From NCBI GenBank assembly GCA_965201145.1, contig CBDAVT010000002.1, forward strand, positions 1,417,084-1,481,083: DNA of 64,000 nt. The letters are read 5' to 3'. Positions 44,816 to 53,571 of this stretch are shown here, piece by piece (position 1 is the stretch's first letter; each line of letters starts with the position of its first letter). The notes beneath the pieces were generated by a model. The model saw nothing but the letters and a program-made list of their open reading frames with translations. It was not told the DNA's origin and did not search any database. Made by a program: the position numbers and the translations under genes. Source of the DNA: Dehalococcoidia bacterium. Lineage in GTDB: Bacteria > Chloroflexota > Dehalococcoidia > Lucifugimonadales > UBA3495.

Positions 44816-46022
44816 CAGGGCTATCGCATATGAAAAGAGCAGGAATTGGGTAAGATATTGGTTGTAGTTGAGTAGGAAGGGAGGACGGCATGTCCGAGCT
44901 AGAGGATCTGTTCGCTGACCTGGAGGACCCGCGCGCTGGCAACGCCCGCCGGCATTCCTTGCACGATATTCTGGTCATTGCCTTGTGCGCCATCATCTGC
45001 GGCGGCCAGACCTGCACCGATATGGAACTCTTTGGCCGGGCCAAACGGGAGCTGCTGCAATCTTTCCTGAAGCTGGAAAACGGCATTCCCAGCCACGACA
45101 CCTTCTCCCGGGTGCTGGGAATGCTGGACCCGGAGGCTTTCCAAGGGTGGTTTATCGAGTTCATGGCCGAGTTTGCCCAAGGTGTTGAGGGAGTGGTGGC
45201 GGTGGACGGCAAGACCTTGCGCCGCTCCTATGACCGGGCGGGGGCACGCTCGCCACTGCATCTGGTCAGCGCCTGGGCGGAGGAGCAGCGGCTGTCGTTG
45301 GGGCAAGTGGCCGTTGCCGGCAAATCCAATGAGATTAAGGCTTTGCCCAAACTGCTGGAGTTGTTGAACTTGCGCGGGAAAGTGGTTACCGCCGACGCCA
45401 TGCACTGCCAGCGTCAAGTGGCACAGCAGGTGGTAGCCCAGAAAGGGGATTATGCCTTGGCGCTGAAAGGCAACCAGGGCCGGCTGCGGGACGATGTGCA
45501 GTTGTTTCTGGAGGACCCGGACACCCCAGCGACCCAAGCCAGCGAGGTCAGCAAGGGGCACGGGCGGGTGGAGCGGCGGCAGGCCCGGGTCAGCGGGGAC
45601 ATTGACTGGCTGCAGGAACGATATGCCTGGCCCGGCTTGAAGGCGGTGGGCAAAGTAACGGCCACCCGGCAGTTGGCGGCGGCGGAACCGGCTCCGGGAG
45701 AACTGCACGAGGAAACCCGGTACTATCTGCTGAGCCGGGACTGGTCGCCGGAGCGGTTCAATGCCATTGTGCGGGGCCATTGGGGAATTGAGAACCGGCT
45801 GCATTGGGTACTGGACGTAACCTGCAATGAAGACCAGGCCCGCAACCGGAAAGGACACGGGGCGGAGAATCTGGCCTTGCTGCGGAAACTGGCTTTGAAC
45901 CTGGCTCGGCTGGAACCGGGCAAAGGCTCCATGCGCGGCAAGCTGAAACGGGCCGGCTGGGACGACAATTTCCTGATTAACATCCTGGCCCAATTCACTA
46001 AATTCCATATGCGATAGCCCTG
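44816..46022 (+). mobile_element. ISAs1-family insertion sequence, copy 2 (1,207 bp), without a matching TSD
   Basis: Same 17-bp terminal inverted repeats. The left flank is GGGACGGCCG, but the right flank is a G run, so no direct repeat is present. Confidence 0.9.
44890..46017 (+). CDS. ISAs1-family DDE transposase, copy 2
   Basis: The 375-aa protein is apparently identical to copy 1. About five nucleotide differences were seen over the whole element. Confidence 0.92.
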   Translation: MSELEDLFADLEDPRAGNARRHSLHDILVIALCAIICGGQTCTDMELFGRAKRELLQSFLKLENGIPSHDTFSRVLGMLDPEAFQGWFIEFMAEFAQGVEGVVAVDGKTLRRSYDRAGARSPLHLVSAWAEEQRLSLGQVAVAGKSNEIKALPKLLELLNLRGKVVTADAMHCQRQVAQQVVAQKGDYALALKGNQGRLRDDVQLFLEDPDTPATQASEVSKGHGRVERRQARVSGDIDWLQERYAWPGLKAVGKVTATRQLAAAEPAPGELHEETRYYLLSRDWSPERFNAIVRGHWGIENRLHWVLDVTCNEDQARNRKGHGAENLALLRKLALNLARLEPGKGSMRGKLKRAGWDDNFLINILAQFTKFHMR

Positions 46023-46037
46023 GGGGGGGGGGGGGGG
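46022..46037. repeat. G16 homopolymer abutting the right end of IS copy 2
   Basis: Direct count of 16 G. The first G is also the last base of the terminal inverted repeat. The run is followed by CGGCGGGATC. Confidence 0.9.
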
Positions 46038-46247
46038 CGGCGGGATCTATGGCTATTAGAGAGGGAACCACCTTTGCAGCAGGGATCGTAACTCGGCAAA
46101 GGCTGGATCTTGGCAGTGAGTTAGGGATACTCGCGACGCCAGTTGGAGGTAAAGAGACGAACTGCGTGGCGTTTGCGTCTCACGTAAGACAGCTTGGAAA
46201 GCTTCTTTAGGACGCTCAGGTTTGTTTGTGCCCGGTTGCAGAAAATT

Positions 46248-46673
46248 CTATTCTACCAGCCAATTTCGTAACGACTGGGGACGACTCCCCCATCCGGCTA
46301 CATCCGATACGTGGGTAGAGCCACTCCAAACCCACGTTTCCAGCTCCGGCGATAGCACTATTGTCCTTGCCCGTTCACCCCACCTTGAATTTGAGAATTC
46401 CTCATTCAGACTACTTTCCAAGACTATGGGAGTTAAGTTCTCTCTACCGCTGCCTTCGTGATCGAACAATAGTAACGCATGGCGATACTGGTTAGTGAAA
46501 TTGGACAAGAAACTAACGCCATGTCTGGCGCAGGCGGGGTCATGTTGAGGGTGCACGCGAATATCAGTTTCAATGGCACGAATGTTCAGCGCTTGGGGAC
46601 GATTAAGCAACCCTGTCAGCGTGTGTTCCATGTCCTTATCAGCAACCAGGACTATCAGGTCTTTCCGGCTCAT
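46248..46673 (-). CDS. Small acidic protein (141 aa), possibly Toprim/DUF4276-like, partner of the upstream ATPase
   Basis: The start overlaps the ATPase stop (4 nt). The strand-plus-acidic patterns LIVLVADKDMEH and ALLLFDHEGSG recall Toprim-type E / DxD motifs. This assignment is tentative. Confidence 0.55.
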   Translation of the reverse strand: MSRKDLIVLVADKDMEHTLTGLLNRPQALNIRAIETDIRVHPQHDPACARHGVSFLSNFTNQYRHALLLFDHEGSGRENLTPIVLESSLNEEFSNSRWGERARTIVLSPELETWVWSGSTHVSDVAGWGSRPQSLRNWLVE

Positions 46674-47926
46674 CCCAGTACACCGGAGGCCAGCAAAGTC
46701 CCCAAATCAACATCACCTTGCCAATCTCTGAGTTTGGGATGTTCTGAACCAAGAACAATATCGGTAGAGCCGTCATCACATTTGGCGAAACAGATCACGC
46801 TGCTTGCTTGAGCTGCATTCAATACCACCGGCGAATGAGTTGCCAGCAGTACTTGAGACTTGTACAGGGAAGATAAAGAATCATAAGCGGTAGAAACAGC
46901 GGCAGGATGGATTCCGTTCTCCGGTTCCTCAATCAGGTAAGTTCCCGAAATGTCTGGCAAATATGCCGGCAAAGTTAGAGCTGCAAGCCGAAGTGTGCCA
47001 TCGGAGACCAGCCAGGAAGGGATGCTCATTCCGCCGGCGTACTGGAATATCATGTAACAATGTCGATCTTCAGGTCGCTCAAAGGTTGAGATGTCAACCA
47101 GTTCAGGCAATGCAGTCCTTAGATGTCCGATCCAGGCACGATGCCGTTCCGGATGCTCCTGACCCAGCCGTTGGACAACCCAGGGAATATTTGAGCCATC
47201 GGGCAAGAAGCCGGGGATCCTGACTGGGGAGCTAGGCCGTTTTATAACTCGGCTATTTAGGACAAACGACTGGACTCCCTCGGTCAAGAAATTCCGAAAC
47301 CACATAGCCACCGGGAATGAGTTTTCGTCAGCGGGCAAGTTTCCTAAAGCCGACCTTTGGAGCCCTAGTTTGAAGGAGGGCGCCCAACCTCGGCCCGAAT
47401 GTTTGTATGTTTCGCTGTAAAAGTTGTCGTTTCCCCCGGGAACTTTGTTAACTACCACTTTATTAGCCGACCCATGAATTCCTACCAGTAATGTGGCCGG
47501 TATGGGCATCAGAGATGGAAAAAATGAACGCCGGTTTTCAGTTTCCCTGCCCTTGCCAAGTAGAAAGGTTTCTGACTTGAACTCAAATCGTCTTCCCGTT
47601 TCGTCCAGGCCCAATACAATCTGATAGCGAGCTGTCTCCAAATCCGGTCGGGCGGTTAACTCACGCAATGTATCCGGGATAAGCGCCTCTACTGCCAGTT
47701 CAAAACGGGATCCCATACCCTGAAACAGGAGTTCATGAGGGTTAGGAGTCCGCTCTAGCAAGGCATTTTCTAATCCATAGGACACCAAGTCGCTCAGGAA
47801 ACCAATGACATCCAGAAAGGTGGACTTGCCGGACGCATTTGGGCCCACCAGCACATGGAAGGGATTGAGCGGCCTTTGAACGTAGCGTAAACAACGGTAA
47901 TTCAGAGCTTCGACCAACGTAATCAT
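46670..47926 (-). CDS. ABC-type (AAA_15/AAA_21-like, RecF/SMC-head-like) ATPase
   Basis: Walker A VGPNASGKST, Walker B plus D-loop YLIEEPENGIHP, and H-loop LLATHSPVVL. The protein is 418 aa. Confidence 0.8.
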   Translation of the reverse strand: MITLVEALNYRCLRYVQRPLNPFHVLVGPNASGKSTFLDVIGFLSDLVSYGLENALLERTPNPHELLFQGMGSRFELAVEALIPDTLRELTARPDLETARYQIVLGLDETGRRFEFKSETFLLGKGRETENRRSFFPSLMPIPATLLVGIHGSANKVVVNKVPGGNDNFYSETYKHSGRGWAPSFKLGLQRSALGNLPADENSFPVAMWFRNFLTEGVQSFVLNSRVIKRPSSPVRIPGFLPDGSNIPWVVQRLGQEHPERHRAWIGHLRTALPELVDISTFERPEDRHCYMIFQYAGGMSIPSWLVSDGTLRLAALTLPAYLPDISGTYLIEEPENGIHPAAVSTAYDSLSSLYKSQVLLATHSPVVLNAAQASSVICFAKCDDGSTDIVLGSEHPKLRDWQGDVDLGTLLASGVLG

Positions 47927-47968
47927 CGGAAGAATCCCCCGTCATCATCGTCCAACCTTCATTGTTCC

Positions 47969-49012
47969 CTACCCCCTCCCCACCAGACCTTGCGCGGTGC
48001 GGATTACCCGGGCGGCGTTGGGGACGTAGGCGTTTTCCAGGGGGCGACTGTAGGGTACGGGAGTGTGGGGCGCCGTGACCCGGGACGGAGGGGCATCCAG
48101 GTAGTCAAAGGCTTCCTCGGCTACCCGCGCGCAGATGTCTGAAGCCAGACTGCATACCGGCGTATCCTCGTCCACCACCACCAGCCGATGGGTGCGTCGC
48201 ACCGAGTCGATGATCAGGTCGTAGTCGATGGGCGACACGCTGAGCAGGTCCACCACCTCAGCGTTGATATTCGCTTTAGCCAACTCCTCCGCCGCCTCGG
48301 TGCAAACCCAGGTCATCCGGGAAATACCTACCAAAGTTATGTCGCTGCCGGAACGGACGGTCCGAGACTTGCCCAGGGGAATGGCATAGGGTTCTTCCGG
48401 CACCGGCCCGGTATCGCCGTACAATCCCTTGTGCTCGAAATAGACCACCGGGTCGTCATCGCGAATGGACGCAATCAGCAGCCCCTTGGCGGTGTAAGGG
48501 TCGGAGGGAACCACTCCCTTCAGGCCCGGTATGTGGCTGAAGATGGAGTAAAATGACTCGGAATGCTGGGCGGCGCTGCCGAAGCCGGCGCCGATGCGGG
48601 TCAACATAGTGAAGGGAACCTTGACCTGACCGCCGAACATATACCGCATCTTGGCCGCATTATTCAACAGCTGGTCCATACAGACGCCGACAAAGTCGAC
48701 GAACATCAACTCGGCCACTGCGCGCATCCCGGTAGATGCGGCGCCAATGGCAGTACCCACGAAAGCGGCCTCGGACAAGGGGGTGTCCAGCACCCGCTGG
48801 TTGCCGAACTGCTGAATCAGCCCCACGGTGGTGCGGAAGGGGCCGCCCCAGGCATCGACGATGCCCAGATGCTCCCGGCCGGCGCCACCGGCAATCTCCT
48901 CACCCATAATTATGACCGTCTCATCGCGCTCCATCTCCTGGCGCAAGGCCTCATTAATGGCCTCGCGGTAACGCAGCTCCCGGGTAGTGTTGGGAGTCAT
49001 GGTAGTAGTCAT
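47969..49012 (-). CDS. 2-oxoacid (pyruvate/acetoin/branched-chain) dehydrogenase E1 component, beta subunit
   Basis: LREAINEALRQEMERDETVIIMGEE...VLDTPLSEAAFVGTAIGAA is the typical transketolase-like pyrimidine-binding and C-terminal domain pattern. Confidence 0.9.
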   Translation of the reverse strand: MTTTMTPNTTRELRYREAINEALRQEMERDETVIIMGEEIAGGAGREHLGIVDAWGGPFRTTVGLIQQFGNQRVLDTPLSEAAFVGTAIGAASTGMRAVAELMFVDFVGVCMDQLLNNAAKMRYMFGGQVKVPFTMLTRIGAGFGSAAQHSESFYSIFSHIPGLKGVVPSDPYTAKGLLIASIRDDDPVVYFEHKGLYGDTGPVPEEPYAIPLGKSRTVRSGSDITLVGISRMTWVCTEAAEELAKANINAEVVDLLSVSPIDYDLIIDSVRRTHRLVVVDEDTPVCSLASDICARVAEEAFDYLDAPPSRVTAPHTPVPYSRPLENAYVPNAARVIRTAQGLVGRG

Positions 49013-49101
49013 GGTGTTACTCCTTGCTTCAGATTCCGGTCAACTTTAGCGTCGCAGTAGGCAGGGCAAAATTTCCAGGTCTGAATTGCCAAAGAATCAA
49101 T

Positions 49102-50022
49102 TCAGGCCGTGAGGTAACGGGAATTATTTTCCAAAAGAAGCAATTGTTCCCTTGCTTCAACTGCATCTCCCGTCAAGTTGGTCAGGTCATAGTTTGTAAC
49201 AATGGCTTCCAGCATGGGTTTCCTGTTTCTCTCGTAGGCGCCAACGTGATAAAAGTGCTCCTGTATGGATACTGAAAACTCGTTCCACAGCTCAGGTACA
49301 AACCGATTGACTCGGTGCTGGTTGCTATGCCACGTGGACAGCATAAACCTGGCCGGTGTATTCTTCAACAGACCGTGCAGCTGCCGCTCCTGCCGGTCAT
49401 CCCAAGTATGATAATAATCTACGTGTCGGCCAGCGTAAGGCGGGTCGCAATATACAAAATCATGGCTCGCAACTTCCTGAATCGTCTTCCGGAAATCCTG
49501 GCAGACAAAGTTCCAATTAAGCATTTGTACGGCTGCTCTAAAACACTCCACCTGGTTTACTATTTTCGTAATGTAAGCCGGCGAAAACCGCTTTGGCTTG
49601 TGCCCAAAGGGAACATTGAAATGCCCCTTGCTATTGAATCGGACAACTCCGTTAAAACAAGACCGATTGAGAAAAAGAAAGTCCAGGGGGCAAGCCAACG
49701 AATTGAAACGGTCTCTGATATAGTAGTAATGGGACTTGCCGTTATTCGCCAACAAGGTCCCCTCGCGCTCGAGGAAAAACCTTGTCGTCTTACCATCTAA
49801 TTCTCCTTCTTTGATGGCCTGATAAAACCGAATGATATGAGGGTTAGTATCTGCCAGCAGAGCCTTCCGGGGCAGCACATTCAGAGCAACTACTCCGGAA
49901 CCGAGGAAAGGTTCAATCCACACTCCATCAGAATCTCGGTCAAGACACCGCAAGATTTGCGGGACCAGTTTGGTCTTGATACCCTGGCACTTCAGCGGCG
50001 GGACTCGCACTCGCAAGCTCAT
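49102..50022 (-). CDS. Dam-like N6-adenine DNA methyltransferase, M.EcoRV-type
   Basis: QGIKTKLVP, EPFLGSGVV (FxGxG), FLFLNRSCFNGVVRFNSKG, and the catalytic CDPPYAGRHVDY. Collinear with M.EcoRV as I recall it. Confidence 0.85.
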   Translation of the reverse strand: MSLRVRVPPLKCQGIKTKLVPQILRCLDRDSDGVWIEPFLGSGVVALNVLPRKALLADTNPHIIRFYQAIKEGELDGKTTRFFLEREGTLLANNGKSHYYYIRDRFNSLACPLDFLFLNRSCFNGVVRFNSKGHFNVPFGHKPKRFSPAYITKIVNQVECFRAAVQMLNWNFVCQDFRKTIQEVASHDFVYCDPPYAGRHVDYYHTWDDRQERQLHGLLKNTPARFMLSTWHSNQHRVNRFVPELWNEFSVSIQEHFYHVGAYERNRKPMLEAIVTNYDLTNLTGDAVEAREQLLLLENNSRYLTA

Positions 50023-50867
50023 CTCCTACTCCGACTCCGCCGGGCGCGGGGGACGATTTTAGTCTCGTCCCCACCGCGATATTTGACAAAATCTGGCAAG
50101 TTTCGAATTGTACGGGTCTCACCTGATTCATCCCGTACAGTGATACTATCGTAATTCATCCAATAATCATCGAACCACTCTTCACCGAGCACGGAGAACA
50201 TCCCCTTCCCCGAAACTATGTCATAAATATCGGTTATGCTGCCAATGTTTGCTGTATTGCCGCTCCCTCTCCGATCACTGGCAATCTTCCACTTTTCCTG
50301 TACGAAAAACTGAAAGTCCCGAATCACTGAGGCTACAGACTCCAGGTCGTCCAATTGATGAGTCTTGGTTTCGCTTGCCGTATTACCAGAATTTCGGGAA
50401 TATATCATTCCCAGGCAGTAGTGGCCCAAGTAGTCTCTATAGGGAAACTGAATATTCTTGGTACTGCTTCGATTCCTAAAGTACTCTCCGTGGGAGCCTA
50501 GAGTAAAGCCATTGCAAAAATCTGGAACACCGGCGATTCGATAGGTCGTCTTGAAATCGACGGCAAATTTTACCTCTGGATTCGTTAACTTCACAAAAGA
50601 CAGGTCCGGATAATAGTTTTGGTGCTCTGCTAGAACTAGTCCGAAGCCCGTTTGCTCGGCAAATAACAGGAGTTTCGGGAAAAGGTGTATCTCAAGTATC
50701 TTGGATACTACTTTCGTGTCGGACGAAATAGCATATATGTTGCGATAAACATCTATAAAGCCTTTTACAACCCACTGCCCATCTTGTGTTTCGACTTCTC
50801 CGCTCCAGTCAGCGACGAAACTCGATAGAGCGCGGGAAAAGGAGATTTTCTCTTCTTCCCGGTCCAA
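50019..50867 (-). CDS. Type II restriction endonuclease, R.EcoRV family
   Basis: Collinear with R.EcoRV: SSDTKVVSKILEI / GSDTKVLSTIFEL; QNYYPDLSF...KFAVDFKTTY / QNHYPDFTL...KIAIDIKTTY (PD...DxK); KWKIASDRRGSGNTANIGSI / KWVIAGDLAGSGNTTNIGSI; GKGMF...DDYWMNY / GKGIF...LDYWRNY. The start is TTG at 50867. Confidence 0.85.
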   Translation of the reverse strand: MDREEEKISFSRALSSFVADWSGEVETQDGQWVVKGFIDVYRNIYAISSDTKVVSKILEIHLFPKLLLFAEQTGFGLVLAEHQNYYPDLSFVKLTNPEVKFAVDFKTTYRIAGVPDFCNGFTLGSHGEYFRNRSSTKNIQFPYRDYLGHYCLGMIYSRNSGNTASETKTHQLDDLESVASVIRDFQFFVQEKWKIASDRRGSGNTANIGSITDIYDIVSGKGMFSVLGEEWFDDYWMNYDSITVRDESGETRTIRNLPDFVKYRGGDETKIVPRARRSRSRR

Positions 50868-51052
50868 CTTAATCCCTATTTATGGCTAAAGTGGGAAAGT
50901 ATATCCGCTTCAATTTAACCTGCTGACGTAAGTAAAGAGCCCCACAGTCCTCCCGGATGTATGCTGTCTTTGTGAAGATGAACGGCATGGCTCACACGCT
51001 GCTATTGACAAGGTCTGTTCAGTTGGTGTCCCTACTGATGAGATTAGCCCCC

Positions 51053-52060
51053 CTAAACTTCTAGGTTTATCCCCCGCTTCATCATATCGACCGGGTAGTC
51101 CACGTACACGTCGTCGTAGATTTCCGGCGGGGCCGGCAGCGGGCTTTCGTCGGCGAACCGGATCGCCTCTTCCATCAGTTCCCGGGCCGCATCGTCCAGC
51201 CGGTCCAGTTCGGACATGGTTACCAGGCCGCCGGGGGCGACCCTTTCCCGGAACAGCTTCAGCGGGTCGCGACCTCGCCAATAGTCCTGTTCTTCCTGGG
51301 TACGGTAGCTCAGGGGATTGTCGAATACGGTATGCCCGTAATAGCGATAGGTCCGGCATTCCAGCAGGGAGGGGCCTTCGCCGGCCCGGGCCCGGCGCAC
51401 CGCCTCGCCGGCGGCTTCAAAGACATCGAAAACATCCATACCGTCCACGTGAATCCCCGGCATATCGTAGCCGGCAGCCCGGTCGGCCACCCGCGCCGTG
51501 GACAAGGCATACTCTACCGGGGTGGATTCGGCATAACCGTTGTTTTCACAGCAGAAGATAACCGGCAGTTTCCAGACGGATGCCAGGTTCATACATTCAT
51601 GCAGTACCCCCTGGTTGGCGCCGCCGTCGCCGAAAAAGGCTACCGCCACCCGCCCCAGACTGCGCAGTTTGGAAGTCAGGGCAGCGCCAACGGCCAGGGG
51701 GATGCTGGCCGCCACCACGCCGTTGGTACCTAACATTCCCTTGCTCATATCGGCGATGTGCATTGAGCCACCCTTGCCCTTGTTGGGCCCGGTGGCGCGC
51801 CCGAACAGCTCGGCCATCATCAGCTTGGGATCCACGCCCTTGGCGATGCAGTGGCCGTGGCCCCGGTGGGTGCTGCCGATGTAATCGTCCACCGACAGGT
51901 GGGCGCAGATGCCGGTAGGCACCGCCTCCTGTCCGGCTGATGAATGTACCGAACCGGACATTCCCCGCTGGCCGGTCTCGGGGATTCCCCGCTCTTCAAA
52001 GTGTCGGATAGTGGTCATAGTCTTGTAGAGATAGAGCAGCATATCGCGGTCAAGTTCCAT
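51053..52060 (-). CDS. 2-oxoacid dehydrogenase E1 component, alpha subunit (TPP-binding)
   Basis: YIGSTHRGHGHCIAKG, the TPP motif FFGDGGANQGVLHECMNLA, and CENNGYAES. Confidence 0.9.
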   Translation of the reverse strand: MELDRDMLLYLYKTMTTIRHFEERGIPETGQRGMSGSVHSSAGQEAVPTGICAHLSVDDYIGSTHRGHGHCIAKGVDPKLMMAELFGRATGPNKGKGGSMHIADMSKGMLGTNGVVAASIPLAVGAALTSKLRSLGRVAVAFFGDGGANQGVLHECMNLASVWKLPVIFCCENNGYAESTPVEYALSTARVADRAAGYDMPGIHVDGMDVFDVFEAAGEAVRRARAGEGPSLLECRTYRYYGHTVFDNPLSYRTQEEQDYWRGRDPLKLFRERVAPGGLVTMSELDRLDDAARELMEEAIRFADESPLPAPPEIYDDVYVDYPVDMMKRGINLEV

Positions 52061-52115
52061 AATCCCTCTCTTCTGCGCTGGCAGACCAGTTACTTGGCTG
52101 GGCGAAATTTTCCCA

Positions 52116-52143
52116 ATGGTAGCACGGGGCCAAAGGTTGTCAA
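52116..52143 (-). promoter_or_regulatory. Promoter-like TTGACA-N16-TACCAT upstream of the E1 alpha gene
   Basis: The reverse complement (rc) reads TTGACAACCTTTGGCCCCGTGCTACCAT, about 55 nt before the ATG at 52060. Confidence 0.35.
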
Positions 52144-52303
52144 TAGCACCGGCCGCCGACAGACCGGCGGCTGCGCTGACTTGGCCCGCAGCCGCGTTGT
52201 CCGGTAGGCGTCGGAAACCGGCATCTTTGGTGGGCTGTCTTGCACCGATTCACGGGCCTACCGGAATGAGAACGCAGGTTTCAATACGAGTGAAGTGTTT
52301 CCA

Positions 52304-53191
52304 TTAGGAAGCCGGGCCAACCCGGACCGGAGTCCCGACGCCGAGGCCCAACTCCGCAGCGGCGCTACCATCAGGGACGGCGATTTCCAGATAGCCGCTG
52401 CTGCCCAACAGCGCGGCCAGGGGCAGACCGTCGGGTTGTGCGCCGAGTTCCGCCGCCGGGTCATGGAAGGTACGGCTTAACCCGCGGATACGGCGCGGCC
52501 CGATGACTACGACTGCGTTGGCTGCATCATAGCCGGCCGCGTGCAGAGTCGCTTGGGAAATATTGGTTATCAGGTTCCCGAACCGGTCGATATAAATGAC
52601 CTGGCCGGACACTTGCCGGTTCCGGATGCCCGGTTCCGGTAACGGGCGGTATATAATTTGCGCCGCTTGCGGCCCCAACTCCGCCGGAGCCAGGCCCAAA
52701 GAGAGGTGAGCGGCCGCCGGCGCGAAAACGTCCCGGCCGTGGAAGGTGCTGCTGACCGGCTCCAAACGATACCGGGGATTGGTAATTTCGTAGGCCGTCA
52801 ATTCCGCCGGCAGGCGGACCAGGCTGCCGGCCGGGTCGATGTCGGGGGTTGCGTCCAGGTACTGCTTGACTACTTCGCTGAGCAGTCCGTTGTCCGGCGC
52901 CACGAAGGTGGCGGTGGGCGTTTGCAGCGCCAGCGCCCGGCGGTCGGTACCCACGCCGGGATCTACTACGGCGGTATGGATAGTTCCCGACGGGAAGTAG
53001 GTATGATTGACCCCTAAGAGGAAGGCGCCCTGACCCAAATTCTGGGGTTGTATGTCGTGGGTCAGGTCAATTATCCAGGCGGCCGGGTTAATGCCGAGAA
53101 TGACGCCCTTCATTACGCCCACAAAGGCGTCGGACAAGCCGAAGTCCGTAGTCAGGACAATCGGCGGCACCCCGACAGCGAAGCCGGTCAT
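52304..53191 (-). CDS. SAM hydrolase / SAM-dependent halogenase family (DUF62) protein
   Basis: IVLTTDFGLSDAFVGVMKGVI...IIDLTHDIQPQN...VVDPGVGT is the characteristic N-terminal signature. Confidence 0.8.
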   Translation of the reverse strand: MTGFAVGVPPIVLTTDFGLSDAFVGVMKGVILGINPAAWIIDLTHDIQPQNLGQGAFLLGVNHTYFPSGTIHTAVVDPGVGTDRRALALQTPTATFVAPDNGLLSEVVKQYLDATPDIDPAGSLVRLPAELTAYEITNPRYRLEPVSSTFHGRDVFAPAAAHLSLGLAPAELGPQAAQIIYRPLPEPGIRNRQVSGQVIYIDRFGNLITNISQATLHAAGYDAANAVVVIGPRRIRGLSRTFHDPAAELGAQPDGLPLAALLGSSGYLEIAVPDGSAAAELGLGVGTPVRVGPAS

Positions 53192-53251
53192 GGGTTTGCC
53201 GGGCCGGAAAAGGTCTGTTGTTTAGTCACGAGAAGGCCGTTTGCTGCCAGG

Positions 53252-53470
53252 TCAACTGGAGAAAAGGCCCACGCTGATAATGGATACAATTACGAACAGC
53301 ACGGACAGGGCGATGGTGAACTGGAACAAGGTCTTTTCCAGCCCGCGCCGGGTCCTGACGGTGGACTGGGCGCTGCCGAAAAAGCCGCTGCCACCCTCCT
53401 TGACCTGGCTGAGGATTATCAGCACCAGAACAACGGATACCAGTATCTGGGCAATATTCAAGTAGATCAA
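53252..53470 (-). CDS. secG: Preprotein translocase subunit SecG
   Basis: About 72 aa with two TM helices separated by a Gly-rich loop (QVKEGGSGFFGSAQ). A TTG start at 53470 is preferred (AAGAGG 7 nt upstream). The tracked ORF extends to 53506. Confidence 0.7.
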   Translation of the reverse strand: MIYLNIAQILVSVVLVLIILSQVKEGGSGFFGSAQSTVRTRRGLEKTLFQFTIALSVLFVIVSIISVGLFSS

Positions 53471-53571
53471 TGCTCGCCTCTTTCGTGTGTCGGGGGTGCG
53501 CCGCAACGGGCGGGCTCCCCTATAGTTTGCGCTTCAATCCCGATAAATTCAATACCCGTGGCCTCCAGTCC

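Noticed and set aside
41117-44853. Plus-strand ORFs across the paralog array (RELTLCCKASIR..., MQGVNPGSHLALQG... series)
   Set aside because: These are antisense or out-of-frame readings of the repeated coiled-coil genes. They lack the conserved promoter/SD/ATG context that each minus-strand gene has, and they run through intergenic repeats.
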